Source: Carpediemonas membranifera BICM (Eukaryota > Protista > Fornicata). From it: a stretch of DNA of 64,000 nt. The position numbers were made by a program, and so were the translations under genes. The notes under the pieces were generated by a model. It ran no database searches, had not been told where the DNA came from, and saw nothing but the letters and a program-made list of their open reading frames with translations. This document shows, in pieces, positions 1 to 12,139 of the stretch (its first letter is position 1; each line of letters opens with the position of its first letter). The DNA is taken from NCBI GenBank assembly GCA_019828565.1, contig JAHDYR010000040.1, positions 121,970 through 185,969 on the forward strand. The letters are read 5' to 3'.

Positions 1-1204
1 CAGGCTCGTACACGACAGGGAGGCAGAAGCTAGGTTATGTCGTGGTATCTTTGAATAGAAGCGCAACGGGCGTGCTTGATGTAGCATAAGGCATGTCTGG
101 GCTCATGGTGTATACAGGCTTCAGGGCGACGAAAGACCTAAACAGACGAGATCGTGAATTTCCGCGCAATCAAGCGGTCATTCGTAGGAATAGGGACATA
201 GCTGATATGCGTTAGTCTATATGGTGTCCAATGATGTGCTGTTAAAAGCCAAGTAGCTGGGTGGGATGAAGCGATTATGAACTGTGAAATTTCACATTTT
301 CACATTTCGCGGGATTTTTACGAAACGCGATTACTGCGATTGCGACATCTGGGAGCTAAAAAGCGGCAGATAGTCATGTAAGAAGGATCTATAACACCTC
401 CTGAAGTTAGACTGCTGATAGCTAGTCTCGTTGTCGAGCTCTGAGCTTGCACAAAAAATTGAATCTGAATTTCACGCTCAATATTGACCTAGATCGCGAA
501 AGTGAAGGTGTAAGAAAAGGCTAACTCGCCAACGAGAGCAGCTAGAGGAAAATGGTAAAGGGTTTTGCAATCTGCATCCCCTGAGGAGTTCAGTTTCACA
601 CAGAAGAGGATTTGAGAAAGCTTCCCTTTCACAACGTCTTTGGGCACCTTCGACGGCGTCGATAAAGATGAAGCATACCATTAGCCCTTATAGGCTATGA
701 TACACATCTACTGTTGGTGAAATGTTCTGCAATGTTGTCATCGACGAGATATGGTACCACATCTTTTATATCTCAAGATTGATGAAGTGCCCCATCTAGC
801 CGAGCATATCCGGGTGCTGTATGAAGGTCATATAGCACCCCAGTATGGTTGGTTAGTTGGGGCACTTCACCAATCCCGAGATCGTGTGATTCAATCAAAA
901 GAACCCAGCGACTGAGACATCGCTGAGAGCTGAAACCAAGAGAGGATGTATAAACTGTAGTACTGAGCTTGATTACAGACCAGCTTGTCATGACGACCAC
1001 TTTTCTCCAACTACATAAATGCGTTTCCCTATTTACTCACCGATGAGCAAAGTAATGCTCAACAAAGATGTAAGATATGCGTTATTCATCTATAAAGCGC
1101 CTGCTGTAGTATTTAAATCGGCTTCAGGGGTTCTACTTTCGGATATCGCCATTTTCACTTCCTCATGATTTCCTCAGGCATCGAAACCCCGTTTTTAACA
1201 GTAT

Positions 1205-2717
1205 GTAACCATCTATCGAAGGACTGTAAGGCCCGGGGCGAGGCCTCCTCCGATAAGAAACCTGCGAGGATGAACGCCGTGAAGGCTCACCATGAGGGCG
1301 AGATCATTCCCGACCCCCTCAAGCCCAGGAACAGAGTTAGAACGGTGGAACTTCGTTCGACAGTTTCATCCGCCGCTGCCTCAGTCGAGGCTCTCGCCGA
1401 CTCGGGGGCGGAGGTCAGCCTCATCAGCGAGGCCTACCTCAAGACCCTGCTGGGGGACAAAGCGGTCGAGGAGAGCGACTCCGACGTTGTAATCGAGTCT
1501 TCCAACACCACTCGCGACCGTGCCCTAAAGGCTGTGGCGCTGATCATCCGTGTCAGCAAGCCCGGCCAGTGCCACGAGGCACTGGAGGTGCAAGAAACGT
1601 TCCACGTGATGGAGCGACTCTCCGGCGACGTCATCATCTCAGACGATGTGAGCGACCGCCTCGGACTGCTAGGCAACCGCCCCGAGCTGGTTATCAACGC
1701 TCACGTCGACGCTGATGACCCAGTGGAAGCCACGGACCCATCCTTGATCTGGGCTCAGAACCCCTGGTCCCAGCCATCGGAGATCGAGAAGTTCATCTCC
1801 AAGAGCGAAAACTTCTCTCCCAGACTGCGGGACATCCTGGTCCGCCATATCGCTGTCTTCCAACCGCTCGACACGCAGCCATCCGGCGTGACCCCTATGC
1901 GAATCGACACCGTCCCCGACGCTACACCGGTTCGTCGCAGACCCTACTGGATGTCCGCATCGAGGCAGCCGACGCAGAGCTAGCCCGCCTCCAGCAGCTC
2001 GACATCATCGAGCCATCCGTCAGCGAGTGGGCAGCCGGCATCTTCTTCGTCCCACAGGGCGAGAAGCTGAGGATGGTAGTCGACTACAAGCCTCTGAACG
2101 AGGCAACTACTACCCACGCGACCCCGATAGCCTCGTGCAACGAGCTCCTCAGCACGCTGAAGGGGAAGCAGTACTTCTGCTCACTTGATCTGAAGAGTGG
2201 CTACCACCAGGTGGAGCTTCTAGCGGAGCACCGCCACCTTAGCGCCTTCATCACGCATCGCGGGCTGTATCAGTGGAAACGGGTGCCGTTCGGGCTCAAG
2301 AACGCTCCGTCCCATTTCCAATCCGCCATGCTCAGAGTCCTGGATGGCCTCGTCTTCAACGCCTGCCTGCTGTACGTAGACGACATTTTAGTCTTTGGCG
2401 AGACAAGCGAGGAGATGGAGCGCAACCTCGACGCTGTTCTCGCAAGGCTCGAGGACCACGGCCTGAAATGCGGCCTCGACAAGTGCCGTTTCGGCATGCG
2501 AGAGGTGCTATTCCTCGGGAACATCGTCTCACCGGACGGTATTTCCATCGATCCAGCTAGGATCGACGCAATCCGCAACATGAAGAGTCCCTCATCCTCC
2601 ACTGAGGTCCGTTCAGCTCTGGGACTTTTCAACTACTACAGACGGTTCATTCCGAACTATTCAGCCATTACGGCTCCCCTCAACGAGCTCACGAAGAAGG
2701 GAACGCCATTCAAATGG
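1205..2717 (+). pseudogene. Ty3/Gypsy gag-tail/protease/RT fragment, truncated at both ends, frameshift near 1975
   Basis: Zn-knuckle tail (NHLSKDCK), protease LADSGA, RT motifs LDLKSGYHQV, VPFGLKNAP, YVDD in ORFs 1165-1983 and 2073-2753; ends abruptly at the minus-strand non-LTR fragment. Confidence 0.9.
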
Positions 2718-4406
2718 CTAGAGCCAGGTGATGGGAGGGAACTTACGGCGTAGTTGGGCCAGGATCGGCATCATGGCCAGTGAGAAGGCGAGTGGAGAGA
2801 CGGGACAGCCTTGTTGGATGCCTTCGTCGGAGGAGAAGGTGCTTCCAGTGGTGGCGTGTAGGTTACCATTCTCGTACATGGTGTGGAGATAGCCAGAGGC
2901 AACAGGGGCATATTCTTCAACAACTCTGAGGAGATAGGGGCGCGAAACCGTGCCGTATGCGTTGGTGAGGTCAAAGGCAGCGATTGTTTGTCCTTTGGCG
3001 CGGAGGGCGCGCATTTTGGCGATCATGAGCTCGGCGCCACATTTCTCACCGAGGCCATATTGGTCAACGAAAATCTTGTCCTTCACCAGGCGGTCGCGGA
3101 CGGCCTTGGCAAGTATGCGGCCAGCGATGCGGCGGAGGGACTCGCCAATCGCGATGGGGCGGATGTCTGTTGCGGAATTCTTGGGCACGGGGACAAGTAT
3201 GGCGTGGGCGAGGGCGGCCGTCCAAGGCTCGCCGTTGACGATATCTTGGATTAGGGGGACCAGGGACCTAGAGAGCTTGCCGCGGGCGCGCAGCATCGTC
3301 TTGAGGTGCAGGAAGGAGAGGCCGGAGGGCCCGGGGGCTGAGTCGAAACGGGTGCGGTGGATGACTGTGCTGACGGTGCTGGCGGACACCTCAATGTGGC
3401 GCAGAGGTGTCGTCGGCGACACGCCGATGTCGGTCAGAGGATGGAGCGGGGTGGCGGGCACTGGGAGGAGGCGGGTGAAAGCGGTGTCGATTTCGTCGTC
3501 GGCAAGCGCCACGCGCATGGCAGTTAGGCACTGGAGGGCCTTAGCGTAGAATCCACGCTGGCACATGGTGAGGGCCAGCTTGGACGCCGCCACAGCGGCC
3601 GGCGTGGACGTCTTGGTGGCGGGCGGTATGTGCAGCGTTAGGGGGTACTGGAGCACTCGCTGCAGTTTCCCGCCGCGGTCCTCTCCCTCGGCAGCGTTGT
3701 AGTCGCCAAGGAGGGTGATGAACTCGTCGGCAAAGCGCACCTGTGCAGATTTGGAGGGCTTCTTTTCCCCCACCGCCAGGGCCTCCTTCGCGTTGAGGGG
3801 GCCGCAGGTAGGGGCGGGGCGGTCGGCCGGTGTGTGGTGGAGGATCGCAAGGTGCGGCACGGGGGTAGCAATGCTCGGTTGGGCTGGGGCTGGTGGCGCG
3901 GACTCGGGGCTGGGCGGTGTTGGGGCTGTAGGCAGCTGCGTGGCGATGGCCGTCTCATCAGTCTCAAAGTCCAGAGTGTCGGGGTCAAAGGCGTCGATGA
4001 TGTCCACGCGGTCGACGAATAGCTGTACGAAGACGGCATGAATCATGGGGCAAGCAGCGTCAAGGTTCTTGGCGTGCTTGGTGATGTCCGAGGTGGCATA
4101 ACTGCGGTGGAGCAGTAGGGCGAACTCTGCGATGAGCTCGCACCAGAAACGAACGGTGATTGTAGGGCCAGAGACGCAGGTGATGGATCTGAGCGTGTTG
4201 AGGTTTGTTACTGTGTAATAGAAGGACATGCAGTTGTCAATGAAGCGCTTCTTGGTCTTTGGTACTCGATGTTCGTGTTTCGAGACTACTGCGGCGATAA
4301 TCTGTCTAAGAAGGGAAAAACGTACAGCGTTCGCCTCTCCGGAGAGTCCTGGGACATCTGGTGGCCACGGAGGAGGCTCATCGGGCGTTCCTGCCCGGCT
4401 TCTCAT
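2718..4406 (-). mobile_element. CRE/SLACS-like non-LTR retrotransposon ORF (N-terminus plus RT), 3'-truncated
   Basis: SAPGPSG, IRPIAIGESLRR, DQYG, FDLTNAYGTVSR and GIQQGCPVSP motifs; stops before the YxDD motif. Confidence 0.85.
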
Positions 4407-4542
4407 ACTATGATCGAATTTACGGTGGGACGGTGGGGGAGAATCGAAGTGGAAGTCCCCGATTGATGAAGAGCAAAGAAGGAGTGCAAATAGAAGCGAA
4501 TTTACAGTCTAGTAGGCGTATGAAGCACGCGGATGATGTTGT

Positions 4543-5091
4543 TTATCGGACCGTTGAGACGTCTATCCCCCAGACTACCCCCTCGCTGTCGTTGGGTCTA
4601 GGCACTATGTCTGTCTCCTGTAACTGGGCGGGGGTGGGTGGTCCTGAGCCGGGAGGTGAAATGCTCGGGGATAGCAGCTCCGCGATCATCATCTCCTCCC
4701 TCTCGATCTGCGTTCCTGATGTCTGGTGGGCTGACGCAACGGGTCTGTCGTCGATCTCATCAATGGTGGAGAGCCTTGGGCATCCAGCCGCCCGTAGTTG
4801 CTCTAGTAGAGCCCTGCGGCGGCCTAGGGATAGCGTATGGTCACGGCCCTCTGTGTCTATACGGATTCGCGAGTCCATTCGGTGCATCAGGAATTGGACG
4901 GGATGCGGCGGTAGGTTCCTGATCAGCTGGATTGAGCTTAGTACTTGGTGTAATCTCTGCTTGAAGTCTCGGTTTGAGGGCCTCTGGATCACTGGGAAGA
5001 GCGGACTCACAGTGGCAATGAGTTCTTCGGAGACTCTCTTGGTGAAGTACAGACCTCCAAAAATCACGAGATCGAGTCGATCACTCGACAA
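4543..5091 (-). CDS. Hypothetical ORF within TE debris
   Basis: 182-aa open frame, no recognised motif. Confidence 0.25.
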   Translation of the reverse strand: MSSDRLDLVIFGGLYFTKRVSEELIATVSPLFPVIQRPSNRDFKQRLHQVLSSIQLIRNLPPHPVQFLMHRMDSRIRIDTEGRDHTLSLGRRRALLEQLRAAGCPRLSTIDEIDDRPVASAHQTSGTQIEREEMMIAELLSPSISPPGSGPPTPAQLQETDIVPRPNDSEGVVWGIDVSTVR

Positions 5092-5115
5092 GCGTGTCTA
5101 TGGATTCCAGGCATC

Positions 5116-6105
5116 TCAAAGATCACATGTATTTACTGAAGGAAGTACTTGGGTGTGACAGCGTTCGCCATGGACGTTGGCCCCAACGTGGAGTAGAGTC
5201 GCCATCCTGGTCCAGTAACGCTCTGGTTTCTCCTCCAGCAGCTCGGCGCGGTGGAACACCATCTGGGCGGACCAGAGAGAGACACTCTCCAGAATGGCCT
5301 CTCGCTGGCTCTTGGGGGTAATCATGACCGCCAGGTCGATGCGGGCCATCGCCCGGACCGAGCACCGCTTGTATGCTGCCGTGTGGGCAGCTACGGTGTC
5401 CTCGCAGTCGCCAGCCAAAAACCATTGAGCGGAAGTTTGTGCCTTCAGGGGCCACAACGGACTGGTGAACGAGCGCTCTCGTGACCTCCGGCACCTGTAC
5501 ACGGGAGAGCTGAGAAACGCCAAGCCGCTCCTTCTGTTGCCGGTTGAGCCACTTGGGGCATTGGCGGCGGGGGCGCCAGTGGAGGCAGTGGGACCGGCGG
5601 AAGCGTCGGAAAGGTCGTCGTCAGAGCTTTCGTCATCCTCGTTGACATCTTCCTCGCTCTCGGCCGCTGGGTCGAACGGGAGGCCATCCAGGGCCTCCCG
5701 CAAGCCTCTAAGAGACTTCCCCAGCGGTCTGAGGGCTTCGTCTCTATCCTCCGAGTGTGCCTCGAGGAAATTCGTCAAGTTCTCGACGTATTCCTTCGAA
5801 ATAGCCTGGGTAAGCGGTAGTTACTTTACTGCGTTCATTGTAAATGCGGCTTGGACCAACGCCGCCTCGTGGATATCGTCCACCTTAGCGCGCGGTTCGT
5901 CGTCGACGATTGCCTCCGTGAGGAGTCGGTGGGCCCGGCTTCCGACACCATCGCCTCGCCGCAGATGCGTCGGACGAGCTGATACCTTCTCAGGTACAGT
6001 GATACCTCGGCGTGCGACACCCTTGTCATCCGCCCGGTCAGCAATCGCTCGTGTCCGGTCCGGGTGGTGGGACGTACCACAAACTCGACAACGCCCATCC
6101 AGGCG
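5116..6105 (-). pseudogene. Probable gag-like fragment of a retroelement
   Basis: Acidic/Ala-rich linker; weak by-eye resemblance to the gag fragment at 9110-9624. Confidence 0.3.
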
Positions 6106-6109
6106 CGAC

Positions 6110-6480
6110 GCAGGCCCTGGTGGATCCCCTCCACAGATGGAATGACCGCACCAGTTGTCGCGAAGAGCGACCCAGACTGATGCATGGTCCGCACGTAGCC
6201 TGCGATGGCCGGGCAATACGCGTCAACCACCCTGGCGATGAACTAACGGGACATGGTCCCGTAGGCGTTCGAGAGATCCATGGCTGCGGTGACACCACCC
6301 TTGCCTCGGCAGTCACGGACCGCGTTGACGAGGGTTTCAAGCCCGCAGGCCTCCCCGATGCCGAATTGGTCCGGAAGGCACCAGTCTGCCCGAAGCCGGG
6401 CGCTCACGACCTTCGCCAGCAGCTTGCCTGCAAAGCGACGCAAGGTGTCGCCGATGGCGACAGGACGGATGTCACCGTTC
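6110..6480 (-). pseudogene. Second CRE/SLACS-like RT fragment with internal stop
   Basis: DIRPVAIGDTLRR, DQFG, MDLSNAYGTMSR*, EGIHQG; clearly paralogous to 2718-4406. Confidence 0.85.
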
Positions 6481-6799
6481 TTCTTCGGAAGGTGTTGCCG
6501 ATGAATCGTTGAGCGTCGGCCACACTGATCCCAAGCTCAACCAGATCACGCTGCGTTATAATCCCATTGAAAATCTGACCAAAAATCCGATCAACAGGAT
6601 CAGCAAGAATGTTAACCTCTTCAAAAGGAACAAGCTGTGTTACAGACCGAGCGGTATGGGCAAACATTCATTTTTTATTCGCAAGTAGCTCACAATCTTC
6701 AGTTCTTCCAAGTTTTGACCATTTTCACCAAACTCCATGGCACCCCAAGTTTCGATTTTTTCTTACAGGTCATTCCGAAAAAATCGGTGCACCCGGGGC

Positions 6800-7250
6800 G
6801 ACCCGTCTGGCCAGTCTGCCCCGGGGAACCGGACCTCCCCTCCGAGGAAGTGGCGCATTATCTCGACCAATGCGCGCATCGCGTTCGCATCCTTCTTGCG
6901 CGAGAGGATGAGCGACAGCATGTCTATGAGCTACCAGCTCTGCGCGTTGCGCAGCAGCACCTGCTATACCGGGGTCTCGTAGGCGGCCTTCCGTACCGCG
7001 ACGGTAGGCTCCTCCTCGGCCTCTCCACCTAGCGCAAGCACGAAGTCGTCGGCATCGAGGTCTTCCCCTTCCTGCCCGATGAGAACGGATAAGGCTGTGA
7101 GTAGAGTTTTGGGATTCACTCCAGTCATGGAATAATAGTTTCTCTGGTTGGAGATCACCGGTCGTTCTTGCCTGAGTGACTCCAACCGACTCCTCCTCCA
7201 GATCAATTCCGATCCTCGAGTCGCTCCGCGACTCTGCCGAATCTGGTTAT
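6800..7250 (-). pseudogene. Probable 5' end (leader plus ORF1 start) of a DIRS-like element
   Basis: Leader motif GGAGTCGGTTGGAGTCA resembles GGAGTCGGTTTCGAGTCA in the leader of the DIRS-like element near 30925; GAGTCGC-GGA-GCGACTC hairpin; ATG at 7129 followed by a frame with stops. Confidence 0.4.
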
Positions 7251-7482
7251 AACACGCCTGGAGGCGCAGAACCAGTCTCAGGTCCTCAACCGTAGTGGTG
7301 ACACGGCTGCCGTGGCATGCCGCCAGCTGCATGTTGCTGAAAAGGTTCGTTAAGAACGACTCGGCCACATCCTGAAGCGCAGTGATCGCAGCGCTCTGAA
7401 AGCGAATATCAAGACACCCACAGTCCTGTGCAATCTCCCGCACACCCCGTTGAAATGATAAACGAGGGATCAGAAGTTCAGT
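7250..7482 (-). pseudogene. Histone H3-like histone-fold fragment lacking the N-terminal tail
   Basis: TELLIPRLSFQRGVREIAQDCGCLDIRFQSAAITALQDVAESFLTNLFSNMQLAACHGSRVT aligns with H3 [43 protein letters not shown]...HAKRVT. Confidence 0.85.
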
Positions 7483-7615
7483 GCAGCATCAATATGCTCT
7501 CCCGTAGTCATTTTCTGCACCTCGGCGGCGGTGGCCGGTTTGCCCTTGGCCATTTCTTCCAAACATGTGTGCAAATCGATTCATCAACTGATTACTCCTG
7601 GGTCAGATCCAACCT

Positions 7616-8194
7616 CTACCCACACCCAATATAAGCCCTTACTGACCGGGCGTTCGGTGCACACCACCGAGGGGCCGAGGGGTTCGACGGTGAGATGCTG
7701 GGTGAGGGGGCCGGGCTCGGCTGGATATTCTCTGTTGTCTCTATTTCGTCTACGAACTCGACGAGATCGAGGTCAAAGTCATCGAGGATCTCGACGTTGT
7801 TAACGAAGATCTCGCTGAAGAAGTCGCAGATGAGCTTGCATGCGAGATCGAGGTTGTTTCTGGCGTTTGCGATGGGAGTGTCATCGAAGGAGCGTTTGAG
7901 GTGATGTGCCGCGTCGAAAATCACGTCTCTCCAAAAGCGAACGGTGATCGTCGGGCCTGATGCAGAAGTGATAGCTCTAAGAACTGGAGGCGTTGTGACT
8001 GTGGAAAAGAAGTTTCTTGCGTTCTCGAAGTGCTCCTTCCTCGTCTTGGGGATTCTGGCTTGGTTTTTAGTGATGACTTCGGCAATGAGCTGGCGTAAAA
8101 AGGTGAAACGTACCTCGTTGTGCTCACCAGATAGTCCTGAAACGTCCGGCGGCCACGGATGAGCAATCTCGGGCGTTTCCGCTCGGATTCTCAT
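7616..8194 (-). mobile_element. N-terminal fragment of a second CRE-like element copy
   Basis: Protein strongly similar to the N-terminus of 2718-4406 (WPPDV.GLSGE.N.VRF..LRQ.IA, GPTITVRFW); identical 25-nt leader/start. Confidence 0.85.
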
Positions 8195-8369
8195 ACTATG
8201 ATCGAATTTACGGGGGCAAGCGGCGAGAAGAGGGCGTGGGGGACCGAGCGCGAGAGCGCGAGGGTCCCGGCCAAAAGCGAAGAACTCGAGCTGGCGGAGC
8301 CAGCGAGGCAGCCGAAGGCTGCTGGTAGTCAGTGGCGGGTGGAGAGGAAAAGTAGGTCACGGTTTGGAG

Positions 8370-8760
8370 TCAGGAAGGGGAGTTAAGAACGGGTGAAGGG
8401 GACGGAGCCCCAGATGGCGACGTTGCCTTCCAGTGGGCTAGGGCAACGGCACGGTGGAGCGCCTTGGTGGCGTCCTCGGAGAGGCCGCACACGTGGGCAA
8501 GGGAGTCGATCCAGCAGGGGCGCGGGATCTGGGCGTGATGGGTCGGTGTGACGCTGGTGGCGCCGAGGACGGGGGAGATTGCGGGGATTACGGTCGCTGA
8601 GTAGTCTCTGTAGTGTCTTGCTTTGTCGGAGTAAGCGGAGGAACGGTGGCTGGTGATCTTGAAGTCTACTACGGTGGGCTGGTTGCCGGGCTGAGTAATA
8701 AGGAGGTCGGCGACGACGTCCGTACAGCATAGAGCGTGATGGAGGCCTGCCCGTTTTCTG
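8370..8760 (-). mobile_element. C-terminal restriction-like endonuclease region of a CRE-like element
   Basis: ADLLITQPGNQPTVVDFKIT...DKARHY fits the (P)D-x(12-14)-D...K-x3-Y RLE signature of site-specific non-LTR elements. Confidence 0.65.
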
Positions 8761-9001
8761 CAGCCTGGAGCAAATACTCCACCCAATCATCGGAGGTTAG
8801 TATGGCGTAAATGCCTCAGTGTCTTTTGGCCATGAGTTCTTCGAACTGGGGGGATGGAATTCGTTCATTGCAGGAGAGCAGCGAACAGCGCTAATCGCTT
8901 ATCAGTAGACGTACCTGGTCCGTCATCGGATGTATGGCAGGATTCGCGGCGAATCGAGCAGCTTTCCTCTGGATACCATGGCCGAATTTACTGGAGGGGG
9001 T

Positions 9002-9106
9002 TGTCCGAATGTAGACCTTCGGGTCGATATTAGTTTTATCCAATTTTGTGTCCCGGGTCAACCCCTATAAATCCACTCTCTCCTCTCATCGCTATACCGA
9101 ACGACA
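9002..9106 (+). repeat. Candidate orphan 3' LTR (105 bp)
   Basis: TGTC...GACA ends, preceded by purine tract GGAGGGGG, internal TATAAAT; no partner in the window. Confidence 0.4.
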
Positions 9107-9109
9107 CGC

Positions 9110-9679
9110 GACTCCGTGAAATTTCGAGAAACCACTCGCACAGGGGCAGGGGACGTCTTATGTGATGCGGCGATGGGGCATGAGACGCAGGGGGGCTCGG
9201 GGACGACATGGCCTGGGGTGACCGAGTCAGACGAGTCACGACTCCAGAGTCTTGAAGGGGGAAGGATTATAGGCAGCGCCCGGCCCCACGGGCCTTGCAC
9301 TGGCTGACATAGTCGGCCCAGACGGACTGATTGTCCGCCCAGATCGACCAGAACACGTGGTCGCGGATGGCTCTCACGAGGGCCGGCCTGCGGATCGCGG
9401 CACAGAGGCGGGCGGCCCAGCACTCGGTCAGACGGGACTCAGTCTCGCCCAGAACCGTGCAGGCAGCAGGCACGAAGGTGGCCTGCCAGTTGAGGTCCGT
9501 TGCCAGTTGAGCTTCTCAGGCTCCGCCTCCCGCGGGTGCAGGCTGACCACGAAGACAACGTCTGCTGTTCCAGCGCAGCAATACGAGCCGCCTCTTCTGT
9601 AGGCGATGACTGAGGGGTACTCATTGAATTCAATGTTGTCCTTGCTGGTTCCAATCGGACATCAGTCTATCGGTCAACA
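9110..9679 (-). mobile_element. 5' portion of an LTR element: 46-bp LTR candidate (9634-9679), palindromic PBS, gag start (ATG 9624)
   Basis: TGTTG...CAACA termini; palindrome CATTGAATTCAATG at 9622-9635; ORF MSTPQSSPTEEAAR follows; the LTR truncates ORF 9680-10015. Confidence 0.6.
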
Positions 9680-10015
9680 TCACGTCCCCGCAACGTTGAA
9701 GTTGAACCAGAGCGCGGGCGGGAGTACGGGTTCGTCCCGGTTGAGGTAGGTTGACACCAACTTGTCCCACGCGTCAATCTTCTCGGTCGACATGCTCTTC
9801 AGCACAGAGTTCTCATACATTTCAGGCCTCTGGATGGCAAACTGACCCTCGCTGGCGATGTGCTTGCGGTCGTTCTGGGTGACCAGAGAGCGTTGGTTGC
9901 TGGAAAACGAATAGTTGCGTGGCGCCTTAGAGTGCGCGAGGGTTGGAGGAGGTTTTGGAGCAGGTAGGTGTCTCTGTCGAGAACATGATGCGTAGATGAG
10001 CCCCGGCATCCTCAT
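9680..10015 (-). pseudogene. Gypsy gag N-terminal fragment
   Basis: LKSMSTEKIDAWDKLVSTYLNRD resembles LKLPTADAWQDHREQYYAYRSRG of the gag at 36073. Confidence 0.45.
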
Positions 10016-10388
10016 ATCTCCTCATCTCTTGCAATAAACAACCAGGTGCCGACTCGCAGACCCGAGAATCATTACCTTACAAGTGATTAAATTACATAAA
10101 ACTGAAGGAAGCACGACAGGCCCTGGCGAAGTCATTGATGAGTTGGATTGGAAAAAGCCTCTACCAGGCCCGAACAGCGAACCACAGACGCCTGCTCAGG
10201 ACCGCACCTTTTACCTGCCTCCCTGGAGGGGGTCGCGGATGGGGACGCCGATCGGCCTTCCCTGAGTGACATCCTCCCGGAGGAATGGCTGGTCTCCGCC
10301 GGCCGCTTATGATATGACATAAGTTCTTGTTTACATAAATCTCAACAGAATTCATAAATCTCCCCGAGCAATCTCTGCCATATCAGAT

Positions 10389-10805
10389 TTATCTAGCCAG
10401 TGCGTCCGTTACCTGCTGGTACAATTCCTCCAACATGCGTTGTAGTTGATTAATTCTGGTTCTGATAGGGAGCAGAGCTGCTTCCAACTCCTCATGTGTG
10501 ACAAAGACGACACGGGCATCGGCGGGGGCAGCGATGGGTTCAGCGGCACCCAAACGGTCGACCGCCTGGTGGCGGACAGGGATAGCGGCGGCACGGCGCC
10601 GTCTGGGCCTCCTCACGCCCACATCTTGGCCGGCATAGACGCCAGCCCGGGCCCGACCCTCCCGATTTTTGGACCAACGCAGCGTGAGACAAAACACGAT
10701 GTCGTCGTCGCGATTATCATCCAAGATTCTTGTCATTTCAGTTTCAGCAAATGAAATGGCATCATCCCGTGTAACGTAGAAAACTGATCTTGTATGATCG
10801 TTCAT
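10389..10805 (-). CDS. Hypothetical protein with C-terminal coiled coil
   Basis: 138-aa ORF with ATG; no family recognised. Confidence 0.35.
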   Translation of the reverse strand: MNDHTRSVFYVTRDDAISFAETEMTRILDDNRDDDIVFCLTLRWSKNREGRARAGVYAGQDVGVRRPRRRRAAAIPVRHQAVDRLGAAEPIAAPADARVVFVTHEELEAALLPIRTRINQLQRMLEELYQQVTDALAR

Positions 10806-10882
10806 TATTGTTGTTGGAGCGTGTCAAGCTACGTGTAGCATTATTCCTGTGGCGTCCTTACGATGATGGGACGGAATTCACT

Positions 10883-11615
10883 TTAATCAGTTGATGGGTC
10901 ACTGCCCTCCCTGAGCAGCTCGGGGTGAGCGGCCAAGAACTTCTTGGCGGGCGGTGTGTGCTTGACCGAATCGATCGGCTCCCAGGTCTTGTCGGCGCTG
11001 CCGATCCACTTGACTCGGAGGAAACCGGGCTTGGAGCGAAGGATGCGCTCCACGAACCACTCCTCCTGGTCCGTGGCGGCGAAGTAGGCGAGGTCGCCCT
11101 CGCTCAGGTCAGACTTGACCGGGATGAGGTGGGTCAGGTGCACCGTGCGGCGAGGGGCGTCAGCCAGGCGCGGGACGATGACCGCAGAGAATGGGTTCAC
11201 CTCAACGACCTTGAAAGGGCCGGAGTGTCCGTGTAGCTTACTCTCCGTGTGGTTCTTCCGGAGGACGTAGTCTCCGGGCTTGATGGGAACGTGCTGGGTC
11301 TCTACCCTCCCCTGTCGGGTGGACGACTGGTGCTTGACGGCCTTGCGGCAGAGTTTGGCGAGGAGGTTGTCCATGGCTGTGAGGTACTCGGCCACGGAAG
11401 TGAGTGGCGTCTCGGCGGCGTGCTCTGAGGTGTCGTCTGGGCTGTTTATCTGCCGAGACGCGGCGTGCGTGCCGAACAGGAGTTCGAACGGAGTGAATCC
11501 TGTGGCGCTGTGAGGCGTGCTATTGATAATCCAGGCGACGTATGGGAGTAGTGTCGTCGACCAGACGTCGAACGCGTTGAATGAGAGTGCCAGTGTGCGG
11601 AGGTGGCGCTTAATC
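10883..11615 (-). pseudogene. Gypsy integrase C-terminus plus chromodomain
   Basis: NSTPHSATGFTPFELLFG, GPF motif, WFVERIL...VKWIG...TWEP; PPT GGGAGGGCAG followed by TG near 10901. Confidence 0.9.
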
Positions 11616-12110
11616 TCTAACGTCCTGCTAAGGTCCCTCTAGGTTTTCTGTTATTGAATTCTTTGCGCTTGGCAAGTTGGCCTATCAGGGTGACGTGACG
11701 CCACCGGGATACGCGAGGGGTTACCCTCACTGATCCCAGGGGCTTCACCTTCCCTTGTTTGGTTGCCATGCTAGCTAGTTTGTTCTCTTCTCTTTTGTTT
11801 GTTTTTATAATGCTTGATAAGCAAGACTTATGACATACGACGTCTTTCCAACGGGGGAAGAACATTTACAAGAAACCCCTGGTTTGCTATGTAAATATTC
11901 GGGACTAACCGCCACCTGGCATTCCCTGGGTAAGTCGAACTGGCTCGCCTTACCTGACGAGCAGGTACACTGGCCTTGACCAGCGTCGGTCCTGGCGCCG
12001 TCGCTTCCAGCGCCAACTCTTCTGGCATTGTCCTTATCCCCTGTCCCCTGCACATTGCGCCAAAACCCATCACCCGAGGTGATAAATATCAGACACCTGA
12101 TGTGGTGCCA
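10997..12110 (-). repeat. 1114-bp near-identical inverted copy of 62631-63744
   Basis: Reverse complement matches 62631-63744 with about 3 substitutions seen by eye; the ORF track gives near-identical peptides. Confidence 0.95.
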
Positions 12111-12139
12111 GGCCTTGGAGGTAACTTTGATACGACGTT

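Noticed and set aside
773-1000. Degenerate Gypsy RNase H-like peptide (RWVLLIESHDL)
   Set aside because: A single weak motif; too decayed to support a feature call.
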